Below, piece after piece: positions 19,083-29,910 of a DNA stretch of 47,255 nucleotides. The DNA is taken from the UHGV virus genome UHGV-1361018, one strand, 5' to 3'. The DNA is from a virus. Below the pieces are notes generated by a model. That model made no database searches, was not told the DNA's origin, and saw only the letters and a list, made by a program, of their open reading frames with translations. Both the position numbers and the translations under genes were made by a program. Every line of letters begins with the position of its first letter. Within the stretch, counting starts at the first letter, position 1.

Positions 19083-19360
19083 TTTGTTTCTCCCAACGCT
19101 TTATTAACCGCCTCGCGCGCATTATCCAGAGCGCGACGCTTGCTTGATGTTGTCCAGACTTTGCCGGATTGGTCGTCGTAGATTTCCAGTAGTTGCTGGA
19201 GAGCCGATAACATAGATTTACTGTTTTCGTGACAATAACCAACAGAGAACCCAAGCCAAATCCAGTCCTTTTCCGTATCAGTCATGCCGACAAAACCAAC
19301 GGAATCGAACCATTTGCTAAATAACTGGTACACTTCGCGCTGCGTCATAGCCTGCCTCAC
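19079..19360 (-). CDS. hypothetical protein (93 aa)
   Basis: ATGA-coupled to the 179-aa ORF. Confidence 0.5.
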   Translation of the reverse strand: MRQAMTQREVYQLFSKWFDSVGFVGMTDTEKDWIWLGFSVGYCHENSKSMLSALQQLLEIYDDQSGKVWTTSSKRRALDNAREAVNKALGETK

Positions 19361-19674
19361 TTAATATATTCAACAATCTCAACTTCACGCATCTGCACCA
19401 GACCCAATGGCGCAACCACCTTACCGCACGGACGGATTTTGATTTGCTCAAGGTTGAACACTCCGCAGCGTCCGTTTTCTTTGAATTTGACTATTACCAT
19501 TTCGCAACCATCCATCTCATTTCTTTGACCATGCGTTGAGCTGCCTTCTTAGTATGGCCAGCAGCCATAAACTGCTTCACCTTTGCTTTCTTGTTAGCAA
19601 CCTTTGCAGCCTTCGGATTTGACTCGTTGTAAAACGTGATATCACGTGGATTCACCTTTGTCACCTCACTCACG

Positions 19675-19734
19675 ATTTGATGTAGATACTATGCACCACA
19701 GCTCAATCTACGTCAATAGTCATTGTGATAGAAT
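19675..19734. promoter_or_regulatory. divergent promoter region
   Basis: Leftward: TTGACG (rc of 19711-19716), 17 nt, CATAGT (rc of 19691-19696), then TCTACATCA. Rightward: extended -10 TGATAGAAT at 19726-19734. Confidence 0.5.
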
Positions 19735-19760
19735 TAATCATAATTTGAACAGGAGGCAGA

Positions 19761-20039
19761 ATGAAGCTATCGCAACGCGGCGAGGAGATGCTTGGAATAA
19801 CCGATGCCGTAGATATATCTCCTTACATCACCACCGAGACAACTCAGAATCAGTTTGATGCACTGACAAGTCTCGCCACCGACATTGGTATTGACACCTT
19901 CCGCAAATCAACGCTTCTGAAGAAACACAATCTCCGCTGCTTCTCATGTGCTGTTGCGCATTTCATCGTGTGGGGTGAGAAGACTGGCGACAAAGCAAAA
20001 CGCAAGGCTGAAAAAGAGGTTTACTGGTATGGCTATTAG
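19761..20039 (+). CDS. hypothetical protein (92 aa) in the holin position but not hydrophobic
   Basis: First gene of the lysis cassette; no transmembrane segment evident. Confidence 0.4.
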   Translation: MKLSQRGEEMLGITDAVDISPYITTETTQNQFDALTSLATDIGIDTFRKSTLLKKHNLRCFSCAVAHFIVWGEKTGDKAKRKAEKEVYWYGY

Positions 20040-20493
20040 CAAAAACATGAAGGCATTTCTGGATATGCTGGCGTACAGCGAGGGTACGGATAACGGACGG
20101 CAGAAAACCGATAATCATGGCTATGATGTGATTGTTGGCGGCTCACTATTTACCGACTATTCCGATCACCCGCGCAAGCTGATTAGCCTGCCAAAGCTGG
20201 GTATCAAGTCCACTGCTGCAGGGCGCTATCAGGTGCTGGCTAAGTTTTATGACGCGTACAAAAAACAGTTGCGCCTGCCTGACTTTTCTCCTGCATCGCA
20301 GGACGCCATTGCAATGCAGCTAATCCGTGAATGCAAAGCTACTGCCGACATCGAGGCTGGTCGCATTGCTGATGCAATCCATAAATGCCGCTCCCGTTGG
20401 GCCTCACTGCCGGGCGCTGGCTATGGTCAGCATGAGCAGAAACTGGATAAGCTGATTCAGGTATACAAGGATGCTGGCGGAGTTGTGGCATGA
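20018..20493 (+). CDS. R: endolysin, lambda R-like lytic transglycosylase
   Basis: 158 aa. KAFLDMLAYSEGTDNGRQKTDNHGYDVIVGG...SLPGAGYGQHE closely matches lambda R. RBS AAAAGAGG. Confidence 0.9.
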
Positions 20494-20729
20494 AAAAGCT
20501 AAGCAACTGGCTTCTCGGCGCGTGGATTTCGTTCTGCTCGCTATTACAGCTATGGCCTGATGCAATGATGCATGTATGGGTAATGATGCCGGATGACCTG
20601 AAAGCAGCGCTGCCGCCAATCGTGGTCAAAGGCGTGAGTTATTCAATCATGCTGGTTGGCATTCTCGGCAAGATGCATGCGATGAATAAGGCGAATAAGA
20701 GGTTAAAAGATGAAAGCAAGAATGCGTGA
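20490..20729 (+). CDS. putative holin (79 aa, two transmembrane segments)
   Basis: TM segments LLGAWISFCSLLQLW and VSYSIMLVGILG, with a charged C-terminus. ATGA overlap with the endolysin. Confidence 0.5.
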   Translation: MKKLSNWLLGAWISFCSLLQLWPDAMMHVWVMMPDDLKAALPPIVVKGVSYSIMLVGILGKMHAMNKANKRLKDESKNA

Positions 20730-20851
20730 AATACATAAACTGATGAAGATGCGTAGTGGATTTTACTTTGCATACCAGACCACCAAGGGATTGCACTTTA
20801 TAACCAACTGCATAGCCCATCCTCACTTATGGCTGGCTGGAGTTTCGGGAA

Positions 20852-21343
20852 ATGGAAACAGTACTCAGTAGATACTGGCGACCACTGGCAATTATTATAA
20901 TTGTTGCCACTGGTGCGCTGTGGGTGCGTAGCGAAATCATCAGCTACGGAAACCAGCGATACGCCGCCGGATATGCAAAGGCCGTCGCAGACCAGAAGGC
21001 CGCAGACAAAAAAGAGGAGCAACGACGCAATGCAGAACTGCAAAAGATTCAGGCCGACGCACAGCAAAGGATTGATGCTGCGCGCAATGATGCTGTCAAT
21101 GCTGCTGCTAAGTCTGGCAGGTTGCAGCAACAGCTCGCAAATATCCGCAAGCAGCTCGTCGGATATTCCACCGCTGAGTCCATTGGCAATCCAGCCGCAG
21201 ACACCGGAGTTCTGCTTGGAGACGTGCTCAGCAAATCTGTCGAAAGAAATCGACAACTGGCAGATTATGCTGACAAAGCAAGAGAAGCAGGACTAGCGTG
21301 TGAGGCGCAGTATAATTCGTTACGCAATAAAAAAGCCCCGTGA
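20852..21343 (+). CDS. Rz: i-spanin (Rz-like)
   Basis: N-terminal TM segment, coiled-coil periplasmic domain. Embeds a +1-frame lipoprotein gene. Confidence 0.75.
   Translation: METVLSRYWRPLAIIIIVATGALWVRSEIISYGNQRYAAGYAKAVADQKAADKKEEQRRNAELQKIQADAQQRIDAARNDAVNAAAKSGRLQQQLANIRKQLVGYSTAESIGNPAADTGVLLGDVLSKSVERNRQLADYADKAREAGLACEAQYNSLRNKKAP
21075..21296 (+). CDS. Rz1: o-spanin (Rz1-like lipoprotein), embedded in Rz
   Basis: MLRAMMLSMLLLSLAGC lipobox; Pro-rich 73-aa product entirely within Rz in another frame. Confidence 0.7.
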   Translation: MLRAMMLSMLLLSLAGCSNSSQISASSSSDIPPLSPLAIQPQTPEFCLETCSANLSKEIDNWQIMLTKQEKQD

Positions 21344-21358
21344 TGGGGCTTGTGTTTT
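21333..21358. terminator. bidirectional terminator
   Basis: AAAAAGCCCC-GTGAT-GGGGCTT followed by GTGTTTT. Confidence 0.75.
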
Positions 21359-21520
21359 ACTTTACTCGCTCACGATATTCATCAAGAGCTTCTGCGATGG
21401 TTTGTATTGGGTTATGCTCCTGACCAATGATCTCCATGATGGATTCTTCACTGGCCATTAACTCACCATCACCAAAATAATAACCAAGGGCAGCCATTAA
21501 TTCATCATAAGCATCCATAT

Positions 21521-21721
21521 TCACTCCTCATACAGTGGTTTAATTTCATACCCAAACATAACAGCATTTTTGTGCTCTACGCTACCAGAAAACACCAGAT
21601 AGCGTTTACCTCGGTTATCCGTAACGATGTAGGCAGCTGGCTCACTCTGCTGGTAATGTTGTTGGCTCATCAACAGATTCCTCAACTGCATTTTCAACGA
21701 TTCGCACCAACGAACACTCAA
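21521..21721 (-). CDS. hypothetical protein (66 aa)
   Basis: ORF in a leftward island. Confidence 0.35.
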   Translation of the reverse strand: MSVRWCESLKMQLRNLLMSQQHYQQSEPAAYIVTDNRGKRYLVFSGSVEHKNAVMFGYEIKPLYEE

Positions 21722-21950
21722 GGTTAGGTGTGCTGTAATTACCAGCCAGAAACAGAACGCTACCCGTGCTAATCAGCACCTGTTTTGCGCTCACCTGCGA
21801 CAGATTCTGCACGATGAATTGCGCTGTTTCTGTGCCGATTTTCAGCACTGCGCTGCCGTCGCTGTTCAGTGATACCAGTTGCGCTGAAGTGTCAGCAATG
21901 TTGGTGTAGTTCGCGTTTCGTTGCGCGATGGTGATGTCGCAGAATGCCAT
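21642..21950 (-). CDS. hypothetical protein (102 aa)
   Basis: Internal ATG with strong RBS AGGAGCATAAA. Confidence 0.4.
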   Translation of the reverse strand: MAFCDITIAQRNANYTNIADTSAQLVSLNSDGSAVLKIGTETAQFIVQNLSQVSAKQVLISTGSVLFLAGNYSTPNLECSLVRIVENAVEESVDEPTTLPAE

Positions 21951-22164
21951 TTTATGCTCCTGTAGTGATATGGATTTTGCCGTTTTCGCCATATGTTGCC
22001 GATTCGATTGTCGCGGTGATTGTAGATACTCCATCAAAAAGATGCGTCGAGATTGAAGTTAACCACGCCAGCAACCCTGAGTCCGTCTTGATCGACAATC
22101 ATGCTTCTACCATTAATTTGCTCAACATGGAGATAGACAGGCTCGTTATGTTTTGGTGGTACCA

Positions 22165-22668
22165 TTATTTAATCTCTCCGTTTAGTTCATTAACAATTAA
22201 CGTCGCATAGCCAGCAATATCTTTCCAGCTGTCATCATAGGTTGGGTCACCATTCAGGATGCGCCCAATCTTGTGCTGAATCATATCGAGTGCCTCGCGT
22301 TGGCTTGGCGTGAGATTGTGCCAGCCATCCACTTCGCGCATCACATCTTTCAGCTCCTGCATGATTTCAGCGCCATCTTTGAATTTACCGTATCGATTGC
22401 CGCGTTCGGTAATGAGTTGCTCTGTTGCGTCATCCTCCGGTGCGCCAATGCAATCGTTGAGGTCTTGTTCGTCGTTAATTGGCTCGCGGTATGCAATAAC
22501 AACATCCCCGCAAACCTCAATCACTTCAATGCGACCAGCATAATCTATGCTTAGATAGAAAATCTCACCAGTACTTCCTGACTTAACTACAAGACAAGCC
22601 GTGTCATGGTCAGCAAAATCTGCCTCACAACCCTTCCGATATTCCCACTTTTTCATTTTTCTCTCCAC
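22165..22668 (-). CDS. MazG-like nucleotide pyrophosphohydrolase domain protein (tentative)
   Basis: C-terminal ERGNRYGKF...SQREALDMIQHKIGRIL...DSWKDIAGYATL resembles all-alpha NTP-PPase. Confidence 0.4.
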   Translation of the reverse strand: MERKMKKWEYRKGCEADFADHDTACLVVKSGSTGEIFYLSIDYAGRIEVIEVCGDVVIAYREPINDEQDLNDCIGAPEDDATEQLITERGNRYGKFKDGAEIMQELKDVMREVDGWHNLTPSQREALDMIQHKIGRILNGDPTYDDSWKDIAGYATLIVNELNGEIK

Positions 22669-22877
22669 TTAATTATCTCGCGTCGCGGCATTGTGACGCG
22701 GTTATACTCATCAACATTAAAATTTACCCGAATCAAATCGTACATCTCATCCTTCGACATATCAGCCAGCGCCACATAGCAACGGGCAAAGTAGCGAACA
22801 TCACGGAGTGTCAGCGGCTGCCGCTTCTCCACAATGCTGGTGATAATGTCCATCGGCTCGCGTCGTGGTCTTGGCAT
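22653..22877 (-). CDS. hypothetical protein (74 aa)
   Basis: First ORF of the leftward island. Confidence 0.4.
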   Translation of the reverse strand: MPRPRREPMDIITSIVEKRQPLTLRDVRYFARCYVALADMSKDEMYDLIRVNFNVDEYNRVTMPRREIIKWREK

Positions 22878-22903
22878 ATTTACTACTCCTTCTCGAAAAA
22901 CAT

Positions 22904-22952
22904 CTTGACGTTTCTACATCACTTAGTCAATACTTATTGACGTAGATTGTAC
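22904..22952. promoter_or_regulatory. divergent promoter/operator region
   Basis: TTGACGTTTCTACATCA at 22905-22921, near-palindromic. TTGACGTAGATTG at 22937-22949. Confidence 0.5.
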
Positions 22953-22975
22953 CACAACGGAAAAGGTGATGTGGA

Positions 22976-23179
22976 ATGAGTGCAGAAAAAGTAATAACAG
23001 AAAGATGTGAGTATTTACGCTCCATGCTTGAAGCTCGCGGATTAAGCGCTGAAGACATTGACCTGTGTCTTACGCATCTCACAAACGCGGTCCTTGAAGG
23101 GTATCATCAGGGGCAGGTAGATTACTCGACCGGGGTGCTTCCTGAACTGCTGAGAATGGCAACGGTTGGTAAATTTTGA
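22976..23179 (+). CDS. hypothetical protein (67 aa)
   Basis: ORF with RBS AAAAGGTGATG. Confidence 0.45.
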   Translation: MSAEKVITERCEYLRSMLEARGLSAEDIDLCLTHLTNAVLEGYHQGQVDYSTGVLPELLRMATVGKF

Positions 23180-23189
23180 GGAGCACACA

Positions 23190-23384
23190 ATGACAACTGA
23201 TGAACTGTACGAAAAATCGTTAATCCAGCGACTGAATGAAGTTGAACGCACTCGTGAATGGCTTGAATGCGAACTGCGTGAGGTGCGCAACCGCCTGCAA
23301 CGCAAGCGCAGTCAGCAGAAGGACGTTATAGACTGGTCAGGTGATACGCCTAAATTTAATAATCTTGGGGAGTGGATAAAGTGA
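23190..23384 (+). CDS. hypothetical protein (~64 aa)
   Basis: ATG after GAGGAGCACACA. Confidence 0.4.
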   Translation: MTTDELYEKSLIQRLNEVERTREWLECELREVRNRLQRKRSQQKDVIDWSGDTPKFNNLGEWIK

Positions 23385-23695
23385 ATGATTTAAGCGTTGG
23401 CGACAAAGTTGTCATTAGAAATAGATATGGAGTGACTATCTCAAGAATAGTTCGTGAAACTACCAAGCAATGGATTGTTGATGGTGTAGAGAACGGCAGC
23501 GTGAGGAGATTCAGAAAAAAAGACCTGATTGAAGTTGGTTGTGATGTGTGGCACATCACTAGCATATCAAAATGCACTGACGACATAGAGAATAAAGTTC
23601 GCAAAAAACAAATAATCAGGATGATTAAAGGCAAAGGTGACCTAAGCAAGCTATCACTTGCTGATTTAGTTTCTTTATGGGAGAAAGTTAAATGA
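23372..23695 (+). CDS. hypothetical protein (107 aa)
   Basis: ORF coupled to neighbours. Confidence 0.4.
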   Translation: MDKVNDLSVGDKVVIRNRYGVTISRIVRETTKQWIVDGVENGSVRRFRKKDLIEVGCDVWHITSISKCTDDIENKVRKKQIIRMIKGKGDLSKLSLADLVSLWEKVK

Positions 23696-23937
23696 CAGCG
23701 CCACGTATGCCAATGATGAATGACGAAATGCTGCTTGAGTGTCCATTCTGCGGTAGCAACGAAGTTAAGCTATATAACGATGATGGGATGTATTTTGCCA
23801 TGTGTGAATGTGGCTGCTCAAGTGATGTTCACGTAACGAAGTTGGCGGCGGCTACGCAATGGAATACAAGAGGAGGACACCTCTACACTGCCGAAGACCT
23901 CAATCAAACAGCAGAGGAGCGCGATTATGGACTATAA
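23692..23937 (+). CDS. Lar-family restriction alleviation-like zinc-ribbon protein
   Basis: CPFCGSNEVKLYNDDGMYFAMCECGCSS zinc ribbon typical of Lar-family proteins. Confidence 0.5.
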   Translation: MTAPRMPMMNDEMLLECPFCGSNEVKLYNDDGMYFAMCECGCSSDVHVTKLAAATQWNTRGGHLYTAEDLNQTAEERDYGL

Positions 23938-24415
23938 ATCACAAATCATGCGCGTGATTATGATGCATCCCGGCGCAACGCGTGCATACATTGAAAAGCA
24001 TTGCGGAGGGAAGCATTCAAGCACCACAACGCATCGTCTGCATGAGATGCTTGCGCTTGGCTTTATTCGCCGCGAGAAGTCCGTAATTCGCGGTGGCAAG
24101 TGGCAGTACAAATACTTCATCTCTGATGATGCGGCAGGTATTGATGATGCGATTAAGTGCCATTTGCTTGATAACGCTGGCGCAGAGGTGAAAGAAATCA
24201 GCGCAGCCACTGGCGTTGATTATCGCATCGTGAAAAGCCGCATCCGCATTATGTTTCATAACGGAGATGTGACACGAAGCTATGACCACCACAAGAAACT
24301 GTGGCGTTACTCATGGAAGGAGCGGGAAGTAAATGTGAGCAACCTGTTTAATTCACTTCTTCGCAATGCAAGAGGTCATCATGGGAAAAGCGAAACGCAA
24401 GAAGCAAGAGTATGA
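23927..24415 (+). CDS. winged-helix DNA-binding protein (162 aa)
   Basis: RVIMMHPGATRAYIEKHCGG...LHEMLALGFIRREKS wHTH-like repeat. Confidence 0.4.
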   Translation: MDYKSQIMRVIMMHPGATRAYIEKHCGGKHSSTTTHRLHEMLALGFIRREKSVIRGGKWQYKYFISDDAAGIDDAIKCHLLDNAGAEVKEISAATGVDYRIVKSRIRIMFHNGDVTRSYDHHKKLWRYSWKEREVNVSNLFNSLLRNARGHHGKSETQEARV

Positions 24416-24557
24416 GCCGCTGCCGCCGTGTGAGATGTCAGGAATGCCACAGCAAGAGGATGTGATTCTCACCGAGGCAGAGTGGCGCAAGGTGGCGAGA
24501 GTGCAAATCATGTTCCGCAAACTTGCTGAGGATGTACTAAATGAGATGGGCTATTAA
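24381..24557 (+). CDS. hypothetical basic protein (~58 aa)
   Basis: MGKAKRKKQ... start downstream of the track start. Confidence 0.3.
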   Translation: MGKAKRKKQEYEPLPPCEMSGMPQQEDVILTEAEWRKVARVQIMFRKLAEDVLNEMGY

Positions 24558-24891
24558 GCATAAGTCTGGCAGAACTCTGTTTGTGACATCAGATGAGTTT
24601 ATTGCCAATAACCGCAGAAAGATGGGCTGGATAGCGGAGGAAGTGAAGATGAGGAGTAGAGAGCAGTTTAACGAATGGTTTTATGAATATACCGGATGCA
24701 ACCCAAAGGACAGTAGATATGTGAATATGGTCGAGATGTACTGGATGGCATGGCAGGCATCTCGCGCAGCAATTGAGATTGAATTGCCAGAGCCGTGCTC
24801 CCAGGGTGATTTCTGTGTTGATATACCAGCACAAGCACATCATGAAGTTATTGAAGCAATCGAAAACGCAGGCTTAAAGGTGAAAAAATGA
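24541..24891 (+). CDS. hypothetical protein (116 aa)
   Basis: ORF. Confidence 0.4.
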   Translation: MRWAIKHKSGRTLFVTSDEFIANNRRKMGWIAEEVKMRSREQFNEWFYEYTGCNPKDSRYVNMVEMYWMAWQASRAAIEIELPEPCSQGDFCVDIPAQAHHEVIEAIENAGLKVKK

Positions 24892-25217
24892 TTATCCAGT
24901 TAAACGACATTATGAAAGCAGATATCATTCAGCTTGAGGATTATGACATGCAACTTGCGTTTGAAATCGAAACCGTTGAGCGTCAACTGCAATATGCCGA
25001 TAAGAAGAATGATCGCGTCTGGCATGAGAAAGCACTTAAGGCACGCGACCACATGAAGCGCACGCGAGCACTCATCAAAACGCGACTCGATAAGCTGTAT
25101 TTTGGCGAGGAAAGGATGATTCACGGGGCTATATTGGCGCAAATCCGCAAGGAAATGCCGATTGGTCGCTTCATGGAATTTGTTCATAAAGCCAAACGTA
25201 ATGCGGGGTTGTTATGA
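24888..25217 (+). CDS. hypothetical protein (109 aa)
   Basis: ATGA coupling. Confidence 0.4.
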   Translation: MIIQLNDIMKADIIQLEDYDMQLAFEIETVERQLQYADKKNDRVWHEKALKARDHMKRTRALIKTRLDKLYFGEERMIHGAILAQIRKEMPIGRFMEFVHKAKRNAGLL

Positions 25218-25465
25218 TGAAATTCAATATAAATGAGTCCGTGAAAATTAAGCTAAACGATAACGGAATCGACATTCTGCGCAAGCGACACGATGAACTT
25301 CGTTTGAGGGTTCCTAGTATTGGTGATTTTGTCGAGCCAGAAAAAGATGATGATGGATATTCGTCATTTCCGTTGTGGGCGCTATTCGATACATTTGGAG
25401 AATATGTCCAACTTGGGTGCGTTCCACCATTCGATACTACAATCATCATCCCGGAGCGAAAATGA
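25214..25465 (+). CDS. hypothetical protein (83 aa)
   Basis: ATGATG coupling. Confidence 0.4.
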   Translation: MMKFNINESVKIKLNDNGIDILRKRHDELRLRVPSIGDFVEPEKDDDGYSSFPLWALFDTFGEYVQLGCVPPFDTTIIIPERK

Positions 25466-25608
25466 TGCCTCTTCTATGGGTGCTTTCTGCTTACGCATTC
25501 GCAAGGGTATTTGAGGCTGAAACTCTGTACCAGATGATTTGCTATGGTGCTCTGTTCTGCCTTTCAGGCGCCGCGCTTGCATTCATGGATGATGTTATTT
25601 CAGACTAA
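25462..25608 (+). CDS. hypothetical membrane peptide (48 aa)
   Basis: RBS GGAGCGAAA; hydrophobic sequence; ATGA-coupled. Confidence 0.3.
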   Translation: MMPLLWVLSAYAFARVFEAETLYQMICYGALFCLSGAALAFMDDVISD

Positions 25609-25762
25609 CACCGTATATCTTTTGTTCATCATGGGCTGCTATTATTTAATCAGGAGGTAGCCCATGAACATAATCCCTATCACTTACTTTCTCACGCTCT
25701 ACGCGCTCACTGATTCGCCATTATTTGCACTGGCTACCGCCTCATGGTGCTATATCTCCCTG

Positions 25763-25771
25763 TGTTATAAT
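25763..25771 (+). promoter_or_regulatory. extended -10 promoter element TGTTATAAT upstream of the scaffold/capsid genes
   Basis: TGnTATAAT with no good -35; same class as the elements at 16072, 32795, 35703 and 37424. Confidence 0.45.
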
Positions 25772-25802
25772 TCGACCACAAACTAACCGTGGAGAGTTAA
25801 CC

Positions 25803-27682
<1,880 letters not shown>

Positions 27683-27684
27683 TA

Positions 27685-28755
27685 ATGGAAAAGATTATTT
27701 TTACCAAAGACTTGGTAGCCAACTCCGCAGTAGTGGCTGACCAGTGGAAACATCTCACCATCGACCGCAAGGTGTTCTGCAATGCAGAAGCTGAACTGGC
27801 GAAAACCTATGGCGTTAACGCCACCGCGCTGGTAACGAAAGATTACTGGCGCGACGTGGACAACGTCACCACCCGCGTTTTCCGTAACGAAGCTGGTCAG
27901 GACATGATGGCTGACCTGATGGGTATCGCGGCAAACATCAACATCGGTAAGACCGTGGCAATCAGCCGCATTGCTTCCGATGCTGGTAAAGTCGTCCGCA
28001 CCCTGTCTGGTCAGGAGCCGGAAGATTTGGATAAAACTCGCTACGATTACACTGGCGATGTGATTCCAATCTTCAAGACTGGCTACAGCCGCGAATGGCG
28101 CGAACTGCTGGGTATGCAGTCTGAAGGTTTTGATCCACTGCTGGACGATCAGGCTAACGTCACCTTCAACCTGCGTTCCGACATGGCGCAGTATCTGCTG
28201 ACTGGCGACCAGACTCTGAACGTGAACGGCGTTTACACTGGTTACGGCATCACCAACCACCCGAACACTGTTCAGGTTAACCTGAACGCCTCCGGCGGAC
28301 TGAATATCGACCTGCAAACCGCAACGCCTGACCAAATCGTGAAATTCTTCAATCAGGATTTCCAGGCTATTCTGGATGCGCAGAACGTATTTGAGCAGGT
28401 TACTCTATGGGTTTCCCCGGCAGTGCGCCGTAGCTTCATGCGTCCGTATTCTGATGCAGCAGGCTTTAAGGGCGGCACGGTTGAGCAGTACATCACGCAG
28501 TTCGGTAATGGTCGCATCGGCAAGATTGGCACCAACTTCCTGTTGACTGGCAACCATTTCGTTGGCTATGTTCGCAACGACATGTACATCCGTCCGCGTG
28601 TTGCTCAGCCTGTTTCCACCTATGCGGCAGCTCGCGCCAACCCGCATGATAACTTTAACTTCCTCGTATGGTCAGCTTTTGGTTTGCAAATTCGGCGCGA
28701 TTATTCAGGAAAATCAAAGGTTTTCAACGGGTATGGAACACAAACAGCGTTGTAA
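27685..28755 (+). CDS. major capsid protein
   Basis: 356-aa ORF coupled to upstream genes, with strong codon bias and followed by a strong terminator. Assigned by position and size. Confidence 0.65.
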   Translation: MEKIIFTKDLVANSAVVADQWKHLTIDRKVFCNAEAELAKTYGVNATALVTKDYWRDVDNVTTRVFRNEAGQDMMADLMGIAANINIGKTVAISRIASDAGKVVRTLSGQEPEDLDKTRYDYTGDVIPIFKTGYSREWRELLGMQSEGFDPLLDDQANVTFNLRSDMAQYLLTGDQTLNVNGVYTGYGITNHPNTVQVNLNASGGLNIDLQTATPDQIVKFFNQDFQAILDAQNVFEQVTLWVSPAVRRSFMRPYSDAAGFKGGTVEQYITQFGNGRIGKIGTNFLLTGNHFVGYVRNDMYIRPRVAQPVSTYAAARANPHDNFNFLVWSAFGLQIRRDYSGKSKVFNGYGTQTAL

Positions 28756-28769
28756 TTGATAAAGGGGGC

Positions 28770-28795
28770 GTTAGCCCCCTTCTTTATACCTTATC
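28770..28795. terminator. bidirectional terminator after MCP
   Basis: AAAGGGGGC-GTTA-GCCCCCTT followed by CTTTAT. Confidence 0.75.
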
Positions 28796-29568
28796 TCGCC
28801 ATAAACCATCCACTGAAGTATATAGCACCACTCCCATTCTGTAATATCATCCCTTAGCCATCGGCTATTCTTTTTGAAGTTGTACTCTGCTGGTTCAGCT
28901 TTAAGATTGTGCAAGCAGTTCACTAGCTCTGGATATACAAGTCCATTCTTGACAAACCAGTTCACAGGTAAAATGTGGTCAATGTGCCAATTACTACGGT
29001 CATCAAAGCTCATCCATGGCTCCATGGTTGATTCTATATGGTTAATAAATTCACTCTTTGAGTAACCAAGCACTTCATCAACACTTGAATCAGAAAGAAT
29101 GGCACCGATCTTGATGTCCATCCTTTCCAGCGTTTTCCTCAGTAATCTATGGTGTGGATTGTCTATCGCCCATTGTTTTACGTTTTGCAAGGCCTTTGCG
29201 TTACCATTTTTTGAGTAATACCATTTACGATAAATCTTCCTTTTCTTCTCCAGAAACACCTCACGCTTTGAGGGGTCAGACTTTACGCGCCTTATGTAGG
29301 CCTTATCTTTTTCTGATTTCTTTTTCCTGTTTTCAGGAATGGAGTAATATTTATCATATGATTTTTTTCTGCTAATGCGCTCCCTATCCTGGCCCTCGCT
29401 TGTTGCGCGCTTAGCTCTGGTGAATTCATACAAGCAATCCTTGCATCTTCCTCCGCCGGCAGTAAAAAAGGTAACGCACCCACACTTTGCGCATGGGAGT
29501 TCGGTGCAGACAAACTGCTTTAATCCCTGCTCTCTGGCTTTAATGGCTAGCTCTTTTCTTGTGGTCAT
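28771..29568 (-). CDS. HNH endonuclease (putative homing endonuclease) with N-terminal zinc finger
   Basis: WHIDHILPVNWF...NCLHNLKAEPAEYNFKKNSRW HNH motif; CAKCGC...CKDC. Start at ATG 29568 with RBS AAGGATTACATC. Confidence 0.55.
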   Translation of the reverse strand: MTTRKELAIKAREQGLKQFVCTELPCAKCGCVTFFTAGGGRCKDCLYEFTRAKRATSEGQDRERISRKKSYDKYYSIPENRKKKSEKDKAYIRRVKSDPSKREVFLEKKRKIYRKWYYSKNGNAKALQNVKQWAIDNPHHRLLRKTLERMDIKIGAILSDSSVDEVLGYSKSEFINHIESTMEPWMSFDDRSNWHIDHILPVNWFVKNGLVYPELVNCLHNLKAEPAEYNFKKNSRWLRDDITEWEWCYILQWMVYGEIRYKEGG

Positions 29569-29659
29569 GATGTAATCCTTGCTGGTTTGGTTTTGCCATC
29601 TTAGCACGGCCATATTTGATGTGTTATAATTAATCAATATCAAAATAGAGGTATTTATA

Positions 29660-29884
29660 ATGGCTAAATACGAAGTCATCGCACGCGGAATCTTTGTTAA
29701 GGAGAAAGGCAAGATTCGTGAATTGCAGCTTGGCGAGGTTATTACGGAACCTGCTGAGCATCTGATGTCAAAGCTGCGAGCAATGCCTGAGCTTCCAAAA
29801 TCATTTGAGGTTGCAACGCCAGCAAAAAAATATGGGGATGAAAAGACAAAACGTCGCCGTCGCTCAAGTAATGAAGATGAATAA
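29660..29884 (+). CDS. hypothetical basic protein (74 aa)
   Basis: RBS AGAGG; Lys/Arg-rich C-terminus; followed by a terminator. Confidence 0.4.
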   Translation: MAKYEVIARGIFVKEKGKIRELQLGEVITEPAEHLMSKLRAMPELPKSFEVATPAKKYGDEKTKRRRRSSNEDE

Positions 29885-29885
29885 A

Positions 29886-29910
29886 AAAGCCCCGTGAAGG
29901 GGCTTTGTTT
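29886..29910. terminator. bidirectional terminator
   Basis: AAAAAGCCCC-GTGA-AGGGGCTTTGTTTTAT. Confidence 0.8.

Noticed and set aside
19761-20039. 92-aa ORF as the holin
   Set aside because: It occupies the S position, but I see no transmembrane helix; holin is assigned instead to the two-TM 79-aa ORF at 20490-20729. Kept as hypothetical.
20798-21256. 152-aa minus-strand ORF
   Set aside because: Antisense to Rz/Rz1, whose TM segment, lipobox and embedding make the plus-strand reading clearly real.
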